Origin: Octopus vulgaris
Lineage: Eukaryota
Assembly (NCBI GenBank): GCA_951406725.2
Contig: OX597818.1
Location: 56,854,001 to 56,918,000, forward strand
Length of the DNA stretch: 64,000 bases
Direction of reading: 5' to 3'
Shown in pieces: positions 1-13,488 of this stretch. The notes beneath the pieces were generated by a model. The model did not search any database. It was not told the origin of the DNA and saw only the letters and a list, made by a program, of their open reading frames with translations. Within the stretch, counting starts at the first letter, position 1. Every line of letters begins with the position of its first letter. A program made the position numbers and the translations under genes.

Positions 1-1540
1 CCAGTATGGGCACAGTCAAATGACTGAAACAAGTAAATGAATAAAAGAGATAAAATAAGATATACATATATATATATATTTATATATATATATATATATA
101 CATAGAACAGGCTTCTTCCAGTTTCCATCTACCAAATTTATTCACAAAGTATTGGTCAGCCTTGTAGAAGACACTTATCCAAAGTGTCCCACATTGGGCT
201 TGAACCTGGAATCACATGGTTTCAAAATGGGTTTCTTAACCGCACAGCCATGCCTGCGCCTATTGTTTTCATATTTGAAAGAAATTATTCAAATTTCTAT
301 TATTTTATCATTCTTTTGTTAATTTCATTCTTTTAGTTGAATTTTTGTTGTTGTTATTTTTCCTTTTTTTTATATATATATATATTTTTTCCTTCTACTT
401 TTTTTTCTTTTTTGCAAAATATTTAACATTTTTTTGCTTTTCATGTTCCATAGGTGGATGGATGGTTGGATGGTTGGATGGAAAGGAGGGAGGGGAGGGA
501 GAAAAGCAAAACCAAAAAAAAAAAAAATAATAAATAAAATCAAAAATATTTTCCCCCACCCCTTGATCACACACGAACCCCCCCACATCCACCTAGTTCT
601 TTCCACTCCTCTATTATTGTATTTTTTGGTATGTTTTCTATCTTTATTTTTGTATTTTTTTTCTTCACAATTGAATCTGCTTTTCTTCCTCTTTAGCAAT
701 GCATAGTTTCTTTATGAAACAAGACACACCACACCCCACCGCCACACACACGAGTCCCCAACCCCCTCCACACACACATGAGTCCCCCCCTCCACATCTA
801 AAAAAAAGAAAAATGTAAAAAAATAAAGAAGACTAAATGACACAAGCAATAAAGACAAAACAACCATTCCAACCCCCCACCCTCACCACCTCCGTATCCC
901 TCCCCATCCGTCACCACCACCACTGCCACTCATATTCTTTGGGATTTTTCAATTATTCATATTCTTCACCACCACCACCACCACCACCACCGTCATCACC
1001 ACCACCACCACCATCATCACAGTTGCCGCCGCCATCACCACTGCCAACACTTCTGTGTAGATTTTCTATAAAATTCATTATGAAAAGCTCATTACATGCA
1101 TGGGACAGACTCGATGATGGTGATGGTGGGGAAATGGGGTGGGTGTGTGCATGCTGGAATTAGTGGTGGTGGTGATGGTGTTAGTGGAGGCGGTGCCGGT
1201 GGAGAGAGAGATTCTGTAGAGATGGAGGAAGGCTGAGCACTGAATGGCATAGAGCTATTTGTTTGGAGTTTGTAGTGGTTCTTTGTAGATGGTAGCAAGT
1301 GTGTGGGTTTGTTTGTTTGCATGTGTATGTGTGTGTGTCTGTGTCTGTGTGTGTGTGTGCAATGGTGGGGTGGGATGGGGGAGAGGCGACAGACAGATAC
1401 CAGAATGGATTATGAAAACATTATGAAATATGTTGCATCAATTTGAGTTCAAGACAGGAAAGCATTTTATAGATCAAGTAGACTGCTTGTTGATACACAC
1501 ACACACACGCACACACACACACACACACACACATGCACAC

Positions 1541-2184
1541 ACGTGGGGGTGTTGAAAAGTTCCAGGCTTGAAGGCTATTGTGAAAGGCGGCGAGCTGGCA
1601 GAAACGTTAGCACGCCGAGCGAAATGCATAGCCTTATTTCGTCTGCCGTTACGTTCCGAGTTCAAATCCCGCTGAGGTCGACTTTGCCTTTCATCCTTTC
1701 GGGGTCAATAAATTAAGTACCAGTTACACACTGGGGTCGATGTAATCAACTTAATTCCTTTGTCTGTCCTTGTTTGTCCCCTCTGTGTGTAGCTCCTTGT
1801 GGGTAGTAAAGAAATAGGTATTTTGTTTTTATGTTCTGAGTTCAAATTCTGCCAAGGTCGACTTTGCCTTTCATCCTTTCGGGGTCGATTAAATAAGTAC
1901 CAGTTACGCACTGGGGTCGATGTAATCAACTTAATCCGTTTGTCTGTCCTTGTTTGTCCTCTCTCTGTTTAGCCCCTTATGGGGAGTAAAGAAATAGGTA
2001 TTGTGAAAGGCCCGGTTGGAGGCCAAACCTCTGAGTTCTTTCACAGAGTCTAGAAAAACTGTAGACAGCTGCAATAAGTGTATGAATCTGAGAGAGGAAT
2101 ATGTTGAAAAAAAAATCATAATTAACTGATCCTCCTGTATTTTCTTTTACCCAAAGCCAGGAACTTCTCAGCAATCCCTCATGT
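1541..2184 (+). mobile_element. Degenerate mariner/Tc1-derived element with a nested SINE
   Basis: Imperfect TIRs: acgtgggggtgttgaaaagttccaggctt and aagccaggaacttctcagcaatccctcatgt. 2010-2110 reads as a decayed mariner transposase C-terminus (..CNKCMNLREEYVEK). The SINE at 1584-2002 is flanked by a tattgtgaaaggc duplication. Confidence 0.65.
1584..2002 (+). mobile_element. tRNA-derived SINE family B (two tandem bodies)
   Basis: Head aaggcggcgagctggcagaa, B-box gagttcaaat(c/t)cc, body gcctttcatcctttcggggtcgataaattaagtaccag. Many further copies in the window. Confidence 0.85.
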
Positions 2185-2189
2185 ATGAG

Positions 2190-2325
2190 CTGCAAAATCA
2201 CTGGTGCCAAGCTGTATCGGTCCCTTTGCCTTTCCCTTGGATAACACTGGTGGCATGGAGAGAGGAGGCCGGTATGCATGGGCGACTGCTGGCCTTCCAT
2301 AAACAACCTTGTCCAGACTTGTGGG
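2190..2325 (-). mobile_element. Fragment of SINE family D (opposite orientation to 54405-54758)
   Basis: Reverse-complement match to 54480-54600. Confidence 0.7.
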
Positions 2326-2739
2326 TCCCTGCGCCATTAGAATCCATATATGGGGTCTCATGTTAGTATCTAAGGAGTGCAACCCCTCAAGTTTGAGAAT
2401 TTTTCATTCACTCCTGGAAGAAAGCATGAATTATTTCAGCCTGGCACTGTTTGTAGACAGTTGAAAAGAATACAGCTAATATAGTTGCAGGTGGGGCCCC
2501 TTATAGTTGCGGCTGGGCCCCCTTGTAGTTGTTGGTGGGCCCCCTTAGTCTCCTGGCAACCAATATTTTTAGACCCAGTCTGCCACTGTTAGTATCTTTC
2601 AAAGTTTAGCCTCATACTTCCATGTACTCTATATGAAAAGAAAGAAATGGTTCTTTAGGGTAAGTGTGGAAAGTGTAGATTACAAAAGGCCAGGTACTGC
2701 GGTATATATGTGCTTATATGCATGTCAAGGTGTGTTGTG

Positions 2740-3160
2740 GTCAGTGCTGACTGATTGGCACCCATGCCAGTGGCATGTAATAAGCGCCATTCGAGTGTGG
2801 GTTGATGCCAGTACCACCTGACAGGCTCCCCATGCCAGTGGCGCATAAAAAACCCCATCAGAATGTGGTTGATGCCAGTGCCCCCTGAGTGGCTTCCCAT
2901 GCTGGTGGCACATAAAAAACACCATCCAAATGTGGTTGATGCTAGTGCCCCCTAACTGGCTCCCATGCTGGTGGCATGTAAAAAGCACCCACTACACTCT
3001 TGGAGTGGTTGGCGTTAGGAAGGGCATCCAGGTGTAGAAGCCTTGCCAGATCAGATTGGAGCTTGGTGCAACCTACTAGCTTGCTAGTCCTCAGTCAAAC
3101 CATCCAACCCATGCCAGCATGGAAAGCAGACGTTAAACAATGACAATGATGACGATGATG
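2740..3160 (+). mobile_element. RTE LINE 3' UTR fragment with ~60-bp internal repeats and (GAT)n tail
   Basis: ggcgttaggaagggcatccag...ccaacccatgccagcatggaaagcagacgttaaac(gat)n. The same end is attached to an RTE ORF at 58424-59325. Confidence 0.8.
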
Positions 3161-3557
3161 TATATGAGTGCGTATATGTAAAACAAAAGCTAAAATTGAA
3201 TACTAGAGAAATCCACCCGGGTGGGAAGGCATGCACTCTACTGGGTGGTGAACTAAGAATACAAATGGTGGAAGACGGTGAAAACAGTTGCAGGAATTAA
3301 AAGCAGTTTGAAAAGGGAGAGAGAAAACTGGAAATTCGATGGTAACAGGGTCTCCTACTTTTTTCGGTACTTATTGAGACTTTTAGTCTTCATTCTGTCT
3401 GTCTGTTTGTCCACCCGGTGTGTGGCATCTTGGTATTACATCTTCCACTATAGCCCCAGGTCAACCAATACCCTGATAGTGACTTTGGTAGATGGTTTGT
3501 GTGTGTGTGTGTGTGTGTGTCCCACATGGATTGACAACCAATGTTGGTTTGTTTACA

Positions 3558-3794
3558 ACCTATTTCTTTACTACCCACAAGGGGCTAAACACAGAGAGGA
3601 CAAACAAGGACAGACAAATGGATTAAGTCGATTATATCGACCCCAGTACGCAACTGGTACTTATTTAATCGACCCCGAAAGGATGAAAGGCAAAGTTGAC
3701 CTCGGCGGAATTTGAACTCAGAATGTAGTGGAAGACGAAATACTGCAAAGCATTTTGCCTGGCGTGCTAACGTTTCTGCCAGCTCGTTGCCTTT
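3558..3794 (-). mobile_element. SINE family B
   Basis: Reverse complement of the 1584-1820 unit. Confidence 0.85.
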
Positions 3795-3914
3795 TTACAT
3801 CCCTGTAACTTAACAGTTCAGCAAAAGAGATCAGTAGAATTTGTACCAGATTTTAAAAAGGTGGTGCCCCAGCATGGCCACAGTCCAATGGCTGAAACAA
3901 GTAAACGATAAAAG

Positions 3915-4785
3915 TTATGCATGCATGCACAAGCGTATACACATGTATATATGCAACATGCTCACATGTATGCAACATATAAATGCATGTGTATATGCAA
4001 CACATTCATACATATGCAACATGCATGTACATATATATGCAACACACGCATGTGCACACACATGCACACAGACACATACATATGCAAACTCACACACACA
4101 CTCATACACAAACACATAGACACACATGCACACACAGAAACACACTTGCACACAGACACACACATACACACATGCACACACACAGTGTATACACATGCCC
4201 ACACACGGTGTATACACATGCACACATACACACCTGCACACAGATACACACACGTGCATGCACACATGTGCATGCACACACACATGCATGCACACACACA
4301 CACACTCACACAAACACACTACCACATGTGCACACACACACACACTCACACAAACACACTACCACATGTGCACACACACACAGTTACACACATGCATGCA
4401 CACACACACATGTACACAAATTCACACACACACATGCACACAAACACACACAAACACACAAGCACATACCACACACACATACACACACACTCACACACAC
4501 ATGTACACACACACACACACACTCTTGCACACAGACACACACATACACACATGCACACACACACAGTGTATACACATACACACACACGGTGTATACACAT
4601 GCACACATACACACCTGCACACAGACACACACACATGCATGCACACACACACACTCACTCACACAAGCACAAGCACATACCACACACACATGCACACACA
4701 CACACGCACACACACATGCATACACACACATGCACACAAATACACTCACACACACACACACACACGCACACACACACACATGCCT
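3915..4785. repeat. Degenerate (CA)n/(CATG) microsatellite with internal higher-order duplications
   Basis: Direct inspection. It explains the His/Thr and Cys/Val pseudo-ORFs. Confidence 0.95.
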
Positions 4786-4909
4786 GCATTGAGTGTTTCC
4801 TTGCAGATGCTCCATTGATGGGTTTTTCTGAAGCGAAGCAGCAATTTCTATTCTGCTTCTCTTTTATGATTTAAACAAAGCCAGGAACCCATGATTACAT
4901 GGAAGCATT

Positions 4910-5697
4910 TAGCGGAGAGAAAGGAGGGAGGGAAAGAGATGGTGGAGAGACAGCTAAGGAGAGCGAGTGGCTGATGTAGGAGTGAAAGAGACAGCAGAAG
5001 AAAGAGGGAGAGTGAGAGGGGTTAAAGGGAAGGATTGATGTAGGAGAGAAAGAGACAGCAGGATGAGAGAGAGAGAGGGGGAGAAAAAGTGGGTGAATAC
5101 GGAGAATAAGGAGAGAGGGTGAAGGTGAGTGAGGAAGTGAAAGAGAGAGACTTACTGATGCAGGAGTAATAAAGACAAGGGAAGTAAGAGGGAGAGTGAG
5201 GGAGAGAGAGAGAGACTGATGTAGGAGTGAAAGAGACAACAGATGGGAAAGAGAGAGAGATAGATAGAAAAAGAGGGAGAGTCTGATATGAGGAGAGTGA
5301 GAGGGAGAGAGAGAGAAAGACTGATATAGGAGTAAAAGAGGCAACAGAATGGTGAGAGAGAGGGAGAGTGAATGATTGAGAGAGGTAGAAAAAGAGAGAG
5401 AGAGAGTGAGGGGGGAGAGAGACTGATATAGATTAGGGAGAGAAAGTGAGGGAGGAGAGAGGTGGATGATGTAGTATGGAAAAGATAGGAGGAGGAATTG
5501 TTGGAGAGATGGAGAGATTGATAAAGGGAAGAAGAGAGAATATTGGGGAGAGGGAATGGGGAGAGACTGATTGGTTGGTATGAAGGATTTGAAGAGAGAG
5601 AGAGAGAGAGAGAAGTGAGGTAGGAGAGAGAGAGAGGGGAGAAGGGATAGTAGAAAGAAAGAGAAAAAGAGAGAAAGACTGACAGAAATGAGAGATG

Positions 5698-5728
<31 letters not shown>

Positions 5729-5885
5729 CAAGAGGAGAGAAGAGAAATATGGAGAGTGTTAGGAGATGGGGGAGAAATAAGAAAGAAAGAGAGAAATAGA
5801 GAGACAGAAAAACAGAGGGAGGAGAAACAAAAAGGGATAGTAGAAAGAAAGAGAAAGAGAGAGAACGATTGACAGAAATGAGAGA

Positions 5886-5926
<41 letters not shown>

Positions 5927-6376
5927 TGAGAGGAGAGAGGAGAAATAGGAAAGAAAGAGAGAGACAGTGAGAGGAAAAAGAGAAAGGATAGTAGAAAGAA
6001 AGGGAAAGACTGATAGAAATGAGATATGGAGAGAGAGAGAGAATTAGAGGAGAAAGAGAGTGAGAGGAGAGAGTGAGGGGAGAAATAGGAAAGAAAGAGA
6101 GAAACAGAAAGACATGGAGGAGAAATAGAAGGGATAGTAGAAAGAAAGAGAAAGCGAGAGAAAGACTGACAAAAAGGAGAGATGGAGAGAGAGATAGTAT
6201 GAGAGGAGAGGGGAGAAATAGAAGAGTAAGAGGAGAGAGAGAGGGGGAGAGAGAGAAAGAGATGGAAAGAAGAGTGATAGTTAGACTGATGTAGATTAAG
6301 AAGAGAGAGAGAGAGAGTGTGAGGGAGAGTAAGGGAGTAAGAGAAATTGAAGAGAGCTGGCAAAAGGAAGAGTGAT

Positions 6377-6415
<39 letters not shown>

Positions 6416-6480
6416 AGAAGAGGAGGAGAAATGAAAGAGGTGGTAGGAGGAAGAGCAAGTAACAAGAAGAATGAGGATGA
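4910..6480. repeat. Purine-rich (GA)n low-complexity tract
   Basis: Direct inspection; recurrent gactgatgtaggag and gggatagtagaaagaa modules. Confidence 0.9.
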
Positions 6481-6622
6481 GAAGTAATTTGATTGGCTTT
6501 GAGTGACAACAACAATGTACTAGTCTCAGGAATGCTTGGGATTCTACTAGAAATGGCAGGGAATGGAATTTGAAAAATTGCTAACATGCTCCTTTTATTT
6601 AAACATTCCTTTTTTTTTTTGT

Positions 6623-7040
6623 TAGGCGCAGGAGTGGCTGTGTGGTAAGTAGCTTGCTAACCAACCACATGGTTCCGGGTTCAGTCCCACTGCATGGCAT
6701 CTTGGGCAAGTGTCTTCTTCTGCTATAGCCCCGGGCCGACCAATGCCTTGTGAGTGGATTTGGTAGACGGAAACTGAAAGAAGCCTGTCGTATATATGTA
6801 TATATACATAAGTGTGTGTGTGTGTGTATATGTTTGTGTGTCTGTGTTTGTCCCCCTATCATTGCTTGACAACCGATGCTGGTGTGTTTACGTCCCCGTC
6901 ACTTAGCGGTTCGGCAAAAGAGTCCGATAGAATAAGTACTGGGCTTACAAAAAGAATAAGTCCCGGAGTTGCTCGATTAAAGGTGGTGCTCCAGCATGAC
7001 CGCAGTCAAATGACTGAAACAAGTAAAAAGAGTAAAGAGT
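6623..7040 (+). mobile_element. tRNA-derived SINE family A, full length, with central (TA)n(TG)n
   Basis: Head aggcgcaggagtggctgtgtggtaag with B-box ggttcagtccc; tail ggtgctccagcatg(g/a)ccgcagtcaaatgactgaaacaagtaaaa. More than 20 copies or fragments in the window. Confidence 0.9.
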
Positions 7041-7290
7041 ATTCCCTATATTGATAGTCACCTTATTTTGTCTTATTTTAAATTTGTTTTCTCACGTCTT
7101 TACTGCCTATAAATTCAGCTTTTCACCCTTAAGGGGTGAAGGTCGATTAAGGAAGTACCAGTCAAGTAGTGAATTTGTTTCAAATTCACTACACCTTACC
7201 GAAAATCTGCTGCCGTCTGCTGTTGTAAGAAATCTATTTTTTGTTAATCATAAAAAAAGAAAAAACTGGTCAATATTTTATTATATTTAA

Positions 7291-7744
7291 TCTTTTACTT
7301 GTTTCAGTCATTTGACTGTGGCCATGTTGGACCACAGCCTTTAGTCGAGCAAATCGACCCCAGGACTTATTCTTTGTAAGCCTAGTACTTGTTCTATCGG
7401 TCTCTTTTGCTGAACCGCTAATGTTACAAGGACGTAACACACCAGCATCGGTTGTCAAGCGATGTTGGTGGGACAAACACAGACACACACACATGCATAT
7501 ATATAAATAGATAAATACATATATATATATACACACACACACACATACACACATATATATATGTATATATATATATGTATGACGGGCTTCTTTCAGTTTT
7601 CGTCTACCAAATCCACTCATAAGGCTTTGGTCGGCCCGAGGCTATAGTAGAAGACACATGCCCAAGGTGCCATGCAGTGGGACTGAATCCGGAACCATAT
7701 GGTTGGTAAGCAAGCTACTTACCATGCAGCCACTCCTGCGCCTT
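7291..7744 (-). mobile_element. SINE family A, full length
   Basis: Reverse complement of 6623-7040. Confidence 0.9.
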
Positions 7745-7907
7745 ATATTTAATCTTTTTTCATAAATTGTGTAGTATTGTTTTTGTTATATATTTATTGT
7801 TTCTTTGACATTTTTGCTTTGTGACAGTTTAAGGTAGATGAGACTGCGGTGGGGATGTTGACATGGAAAATTTCAAAGAGGATTAACACTTTGATTCTAT
7901 ACGTATA

Positions 7908-8060
7908 TAGAAGTGGCTGTGTGGTAAGAAGCTTACTTCCCAACCACATGGGTTCAATCTCCCTGTGTGGCACCTTGGGCAAGTGTCTTTAGCTATAGCC
8001 TCGGGATGACCAAAGCCTTATGAGTGGATTTGGTAGAGGGAAACTGAAAGAAGCCCATCG

Positions 8061-8102
<42 letters not shown>

Positions 8103-8280
8103 GGCACAGGAGTGGCTGTGTGGTAAGTAGCTTGCTTACCAACCACATGGTTCCAGGTTCAGTCTTGCTGCGTGGCACCTTGGGCAAGTATCTTCTACTA
8201 TAGCCTTGGGTCAACCAAAGCTTTGTGAGTGGATTTGGTAGACGGAAACTGAAAGAAGCCTGTCATATATATATATATAT
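7908..8280 (+). mobile_element. Two tandem SINE family A 5' halves
   Basis: The head sequence occurs twice, each ending in (TA)n. Confidence 0.85.
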
Positions 8281-8440
8281 AGTTGAAATTTACAGAAAAA
8301 CAAGAGAGGAAGACAGGTGTATGAACAACAAGCAAGCGTGTTAGTTTGACGCCTGGGAAAATAAAAATTTCTTTTACGTTTTGAGCCTATGCTCTTCAAC
8401 AGGAAGGAATAAGAGGAAATATACAGAGAGAGAAATATAT
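8281..8440 (-). mobile_element. Penelope-like pLTR fragment in (TA)n with a degenerate hammerhead motif (8372-8405)
   Basis: Minus strand reads CTGTTGA-A-GAGC-atag-GCTC-AAAA-C-GTA-aaag. Homologous to 52890-53076. Confidence 0.6.
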
Positions 8441-9334
8441 ATGCGCACACACACATACACATGCATATATATGTGTGTTAGGAAGGACATCCAGCCACAG
8501 AAACCATGTCAAAGCAGGCATCAGATTCTGTAGCATGACAGACTGCACTCCTTGGCACCATTGAATCCTGTCAGACTCTGTAACCCATGTCATTGTGGAA
8601 TCTGGGCACTAAATAATGATGTTGACAATGATGGTGGTGATGATGATGATGATGATGATGATGATATAGTGTGTGCGTGTGTGTGTGTGTATATGGTTAC
8701 ATGCAGGCTAAAATAATTTTTAATCACTTGAAATTATACCCATAATGAGGAAAAAAAATGTCATTAGCATTAACGAGAATTCCTCTCAAAAATGGACAAT
8801 GGAAGGAATTCCTGAATTTCAATTGACCACCATTTAAGTGGAACTATGAAAAGGGGAGGTGATGGCAGAGTGTGGTGGAGTGTGTGTTGTGTGTGGTGGT
8901 GATGAGTTTGATCTTTGGTAGCCATGGTGATAACTTTGGACACATTTCAATGATTTGCAATGTTAGACCCTTTTTAAGTTGGTTCACTAGGGGAAATCTT
9001 TAGTGGTTATTTTGTCTGTCCACCTTTACATTCTGAGTTCAAATTCTGCTGAGGTATATTTACCTTTCATCCCTTTTTGGGGTCAATAAAGTAAGTACCA
9101 GTTGAGCACTGGGGTCAATGTAATCAACCCCCCACCCCCCAAAATTGCTGGCCTTGTGCAAACATTTGAAATCAATATTAGACCCTCTCTATGAAGTAGG
9201 GTCAATGTACAACTTACACACTCACACACACACACAAATGCAACCCTTTTATGCGCTCATACATACAAACCTTACATGCATATGTGTGTGTGTGTGTGTG
9301 TGTGTGTAGGCGCATATATCTTCAAGGATATATC

Positions 9335-9419
9335 TTTCGGCTGATATATCCTCCAGCCTTCATTAGGTGTCTTGGGGAAATTTCGAACCTGGGTTCTCAT
9401 TCCTAAGGTATTTTTGATG

Positions 9420-9458
<39 letters not shown>

Positions 9459-9557
9459 TCATTGCCTGGAATTGAACTCGGAATCTTGGGGTTAGTAGCC
9501 TGCGCTCTTACCCACCACACTATATGAGAACCCAGGTTTGAAATTTCCCCAAGACCC
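9335..9557 (-). mobile_element. tRNA-headed hammerhead element, truncated copy of 61790-62390
   Basis: Minus strand reads gacacCTAATGA-A-GGCTG-gaggatatat-CAGCC-GAAA. tRNA-like segment at 9455-9520; inverted arm at 9524-9555. Confidence 0.7.
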
Positions 9558-9559
9558 GC

Positions 9560-9915
9560 ATGGTTCCGGGTTTAGTCCCACTGCATGGCACCTTGGGCAA
9601 GTGTCTTCTGCTATAGCCCCGGGCCGACCAATGCCTTGTGAGTGGAATTGGTAGACGGAAACTGAAAGAAGCCTGTCGTATATATGTATATGTATGTGTG
9701 TGTTTGTGTGTCTGTGTTTGTCCCCCTAGCATTGCTTGACAACCGATGCTGGTGTGTTTACATCCCCGTCACTTAGCGGTTCGGCCAAAGAGACCGATAG
9801 AATAAGTACTGGGCTTACAAAGAATAAGTCTCGGGGTTCATTTGCTCGACTGAAGGCGGTGCTCCAGCGTGACCGCAGTCAAATGACTGAAACAAGTAAA
9901 AGAGTAAAAGAGTAA
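9560..9915 (+). mobile_element. SINE family A, 5'-truncated
   Basis: Matches 6623-7040. Confidence 0.85.
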
Positions 9916-10221
9916 GAGTAGAAATAACCTAGACCTTCCCAGAGGGATAAAGACATCCTCATCATATGTGTCATCTTTCCATACCTCTTCTTTCTCAAAC
10001 CATTTCTAAAGATGATATCTTTTATGTTTTTTGTTTTACTTGTTTCAGTTATTAGACTACGGCCATGCTGGGGCACCACTTCAAAGAATTTTAATCGAAC
10101 AAATCGGGCCCCTGTACTCACTTTTTAAGCCTGGTGCTTGCTTAGTTACAGAGATGAAAACACTCCAACATCAGTTGTCAAGCAGTTGTGGGGGACAAAT
10201 GCTGATATGAACACACACTGC

Positions 10222-10595
10222 TGGACTGGCTCCTGTGTAGGTGGCATGTAAAAAACACCATTTGAGCGTGGCCGTTGCCAGTACCGCCTGACTGGCCCTC
10301 ATGCTGGTGGTATGTAAAAAGCACCCACTACATTCTCAGAGTGGTTGGTGTTAGGAAGGGCATCAAGCTGTAGAAACCATGCCAGATCAGATTGGAGCCT
10401 GGTGCAGCCATCTGGTTCGCCAGTCCTCAGTCAAATCGTCCAACTCTTGCTAGCATTAGGAAGGGCATCCAACTGTAGAAACTCTGCCAGATCGAGATTG
10501 GAGCCTGGTACAGCCATCCGGTTTGCCAGTCCTCAATCAAGTCGTCCAACCCATGCTAGCATGGAAAGCGGACGTTAAACAATGATGATAATGAT
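10222..10595 (+). mobile_element. RTE LINE 3' UTR fragment with an internal duplication
   Basis: The ttaggaagggcatc block occurs twice; (GAT)n tail. Confidence 0.8.
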
Positions 10596-10819
10596 TTCCT
10601 TCAACCCCCCCTCAGAACTTTCCACCACTCCCAGGGGTCAATACCATCCTGTTAGAGAATCACTGACATAGAGACTCGTTTGCTTGCACCTCTGACCATT
10701 TTGTTGCTGGTATTCACTCCTCATTAAATAGATTTGTGATCAATGGGTTTCCAGCTGTGACCATCCCAACTTTGTGTTTCACAGGCATACTAAATCTAGG
10801 ACTACATTATCCAATATTA

Positions 10820-11276
10820 CTCTTTACTCTTTTACTTGTTTCAGTCATTTGACTGCGGCCATGCTGGAGCACCGCCTTTAGTCGAGCAAATCGACCCCGG
10901 GACTTATTCTTTGTAAGGCCAGTACTTATTCTATCGGTCTCTTTTGCCGAACCGCTAAGTGACGGGGTCGTAAACACACCAGCATCGGTTGTCAAGCAAT
11001 GCTAGGGGGACAAACACAAACTCACAAACACACACACATATCATCATCATCATCATCATCATCGTTTAACGTCCGCTTTCCATGCTAGCATGGGTTGGAC
11101 GATACATATATATGACAGGCTTCTTTCAGTTTCCGTCTACCAAATCCACTCACAAGGCATTGGTCGGCCCGGGGCTATAGCAGAAGACACTTGCCCAAGA
11201 TGCCACGCAGCGGGACTGAACCTGGAACCATGTGGTTGGTTAGCAAGCTACTTACCACACAGCCACTCCTGCGCCT
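10820..11276 (-). mobile_element. SINE family A with an RTE tail (11040-11102) nested in its microsatellite
   Basis: Both SINE halves flank (cat)n-cgtttaacgtccgctttccatgctagcatggg. Confidence 0.85.
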
Positions 11277-11529
11277 ATCTTTACGTGAAACCAGTTGGGG
11301 TGTGATGCGAGGGAGATTGGCTGTTGTATCTAGCAGGTTGTGCAGCTACGTAGAGGTCTCTCTATAGCCGGTACCCCTTCTCTGATCATCTGTTTTGTTT
11401 TGGTGGTTTAAATTGCCATGCCTGATAAGGTCAATGCACACACGGCTTACGACAAACATGCAACCCGATATCATTCTATGGAACAATGTGAACTCATGTA
11501 AATAGCTTTTGTTGTACCAAAGAAAAAAA

Positions 11530-11792
11530 CAAAACAACAACAATAATAAAAATAACAACAACAACAACAATAATAACAGCAATAACAATAATAATGAATA
11601 ATGATGATGATGATGATGATAATAATAACAAAACAATAATAATGATGATGAGGATAATAATAATAATAATAATAATAAATAATAATAATAATAATAACAA
11701 CAACAATAATAACAGCAATAACAATAATAATGATGATAATGATGATGATGATGATGATAATAATAACAAAAACAATAATAATGATGATGAGG

Positions 11793-11823
<31 letters not shown>

Positions 11824-11849
11824 TAATAATGATGATGAGGATAATAATA

Positions 11850-11886
<37 letters not shown>

Positions 11887-12233
11887 TATTGATAATAATA
11901 ATGATGATGATAATAATTATAATAATAATAACAATAATGATAATAATAATAATGATAATAATAATGATAATATTAATAATAATGATAATAATAATAATAA
12001 AAATAATGATAATAATAATGATGATAATAATAATAATAATAATAATGATCATAATGATAATAATAATAATTATTATAATAATAATAATAATAACAATAAT
12101 GATAATAATAATGATGATGATAATAATTATAATAGTAATAATGATAATAATGATAATAATAATAATAATAATAATAATGATAATAATAATAATGATAATA
12201 ATAATGATAATATTAATAATAATGATAATAATG

Positions 12234-12266
<33 letters not shown>

Positions 12267-12382
12267 TTAATAATAATAATAATGATGATGATGATGATGA
12301 TAATAATAATATTAACAATTATAATAATAATAATAATAACAATTATAATAATAATAATAGTAATAATAATAATAATGATAAT
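11530..12382. repeat. ~850-bp (AAT)n/(GAT)n trinucleotide array
   Basis: Direct inspection. Confidence 0.95.
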
Positions 12383-13006
12383 ATATCTGGTCGTCAGGTA
12401 AGTTAGGTCATCTTTATCTGGAATGCTATTAAATGTTTGTTTTGTTTCGTAGAAGAAAGAAGAAAGGAGGGTGTGTGTTGTATGTGTTCGGTAGGTGCGG
12501 GTGCGGGGAGCGAGAGGGTTAAAAAGCAATGACGGATAATAATAAATAACAATGACACACAAAATGGAAAAAACAAATGAAATATGAAATAAATGAAGAA
12601 AAGAAGAAAAAGAAAAAAATTTAAGGCAATGAATAAATATATTCATTGGTGATATTTTATCTTTTGAAGTCAAAGGCAATATTAATAGACAATGCAAAAT
12701 GAAAGAGAATATGATACGTTGTCTTTGAAGGATTGAGAAGAAGAAAAATAATAAGAAAGAAAGAAACCATCATACACTGAAGTATATAACTTTGTTCTTT
12801 CTTTCTTTCTTTCTTTTTCGTGGTGGGTGGGTGGGTGGGGAGAGTATAGATTACATTAGAAGTTTGTGTTTTTGAAGATAAAATATCAAAGGAGTAACCA
12901 AATGAGAGAGGCCGATATACCTCCACCAAGAATTACTGACCAACTGAGCCAATATGAAGGCCTCTATGTAGTCATTGACCTACTAGAAATAGCAGTCAGC
13001 AGTTAA

Positions 13007-13488
13007 CAAGGCGGCGAGCTGGTAGAATCGCTAGCACGCCGGGCGAAATGCTTAGCGGTATTTCGTCTGTCTTTACGTTCTGAGTTCAAATTCCGCCGAG
13101 GTCGACTTTGTTTTTCATCCTTTCGGGGGCTCTATTAAATAAGTACCAGTTACACACTGGGGTCGATATAATCGGCTTAATCCGTTTGTCTGCCCTTGTT
13201 TGTCCCCTCTGTGTTTAGCCCCTTGTGGGTAGTTAAGAAATTGGTATTTCGTCTGCCGCTACGTTCTGAGTTCAAATTCCGCCGAGGTCGACTTTGCCTT
13301 TCATCCTTTCGGGGTCGATAAATTAAGTACCAGTTATACACTGGGGTCGATATAATCGACTTAATCCGTTTGTCTGCCCTTGTTTGTCCCCTCTGTGTTT
13401 AGCCCCTTGTGGGTAGTAAAGAAATTGGTATTTTGTCTGCCGCTACGTTCTGAGTTCAAATTCCACCGAGGTCGACTTTGCCTTTCAT
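13007..13488 (+). mobile_element. SINE family B, one head plus ~2.3 tandem 185-bp bodies
   Basis: ggtattt(c/t)gtctg recurs at 13057, 13243 and 13427. Confidence 0.9.

Noticed and set aside
3915-6587. Long His/Thr, Cys/Val and Ser/Leu ORFs
   Set aside because: Translations of (CA)n and (GA)n microsatellites, open in several frames.
7003-7025. SINE A tail (agtc-aaat-gact-gaaac) as a hammerhead
   Set aside because: No CUGANGA-like core or stem I. It is better explained as the LINE-recognition stem-loop.
11471-12697. Poly-Asn/Ile ORFs up to 408 aa
   Set aside because: (AAT)n array with no domain content. Coding status is unsupported, although a splice donor follows it.
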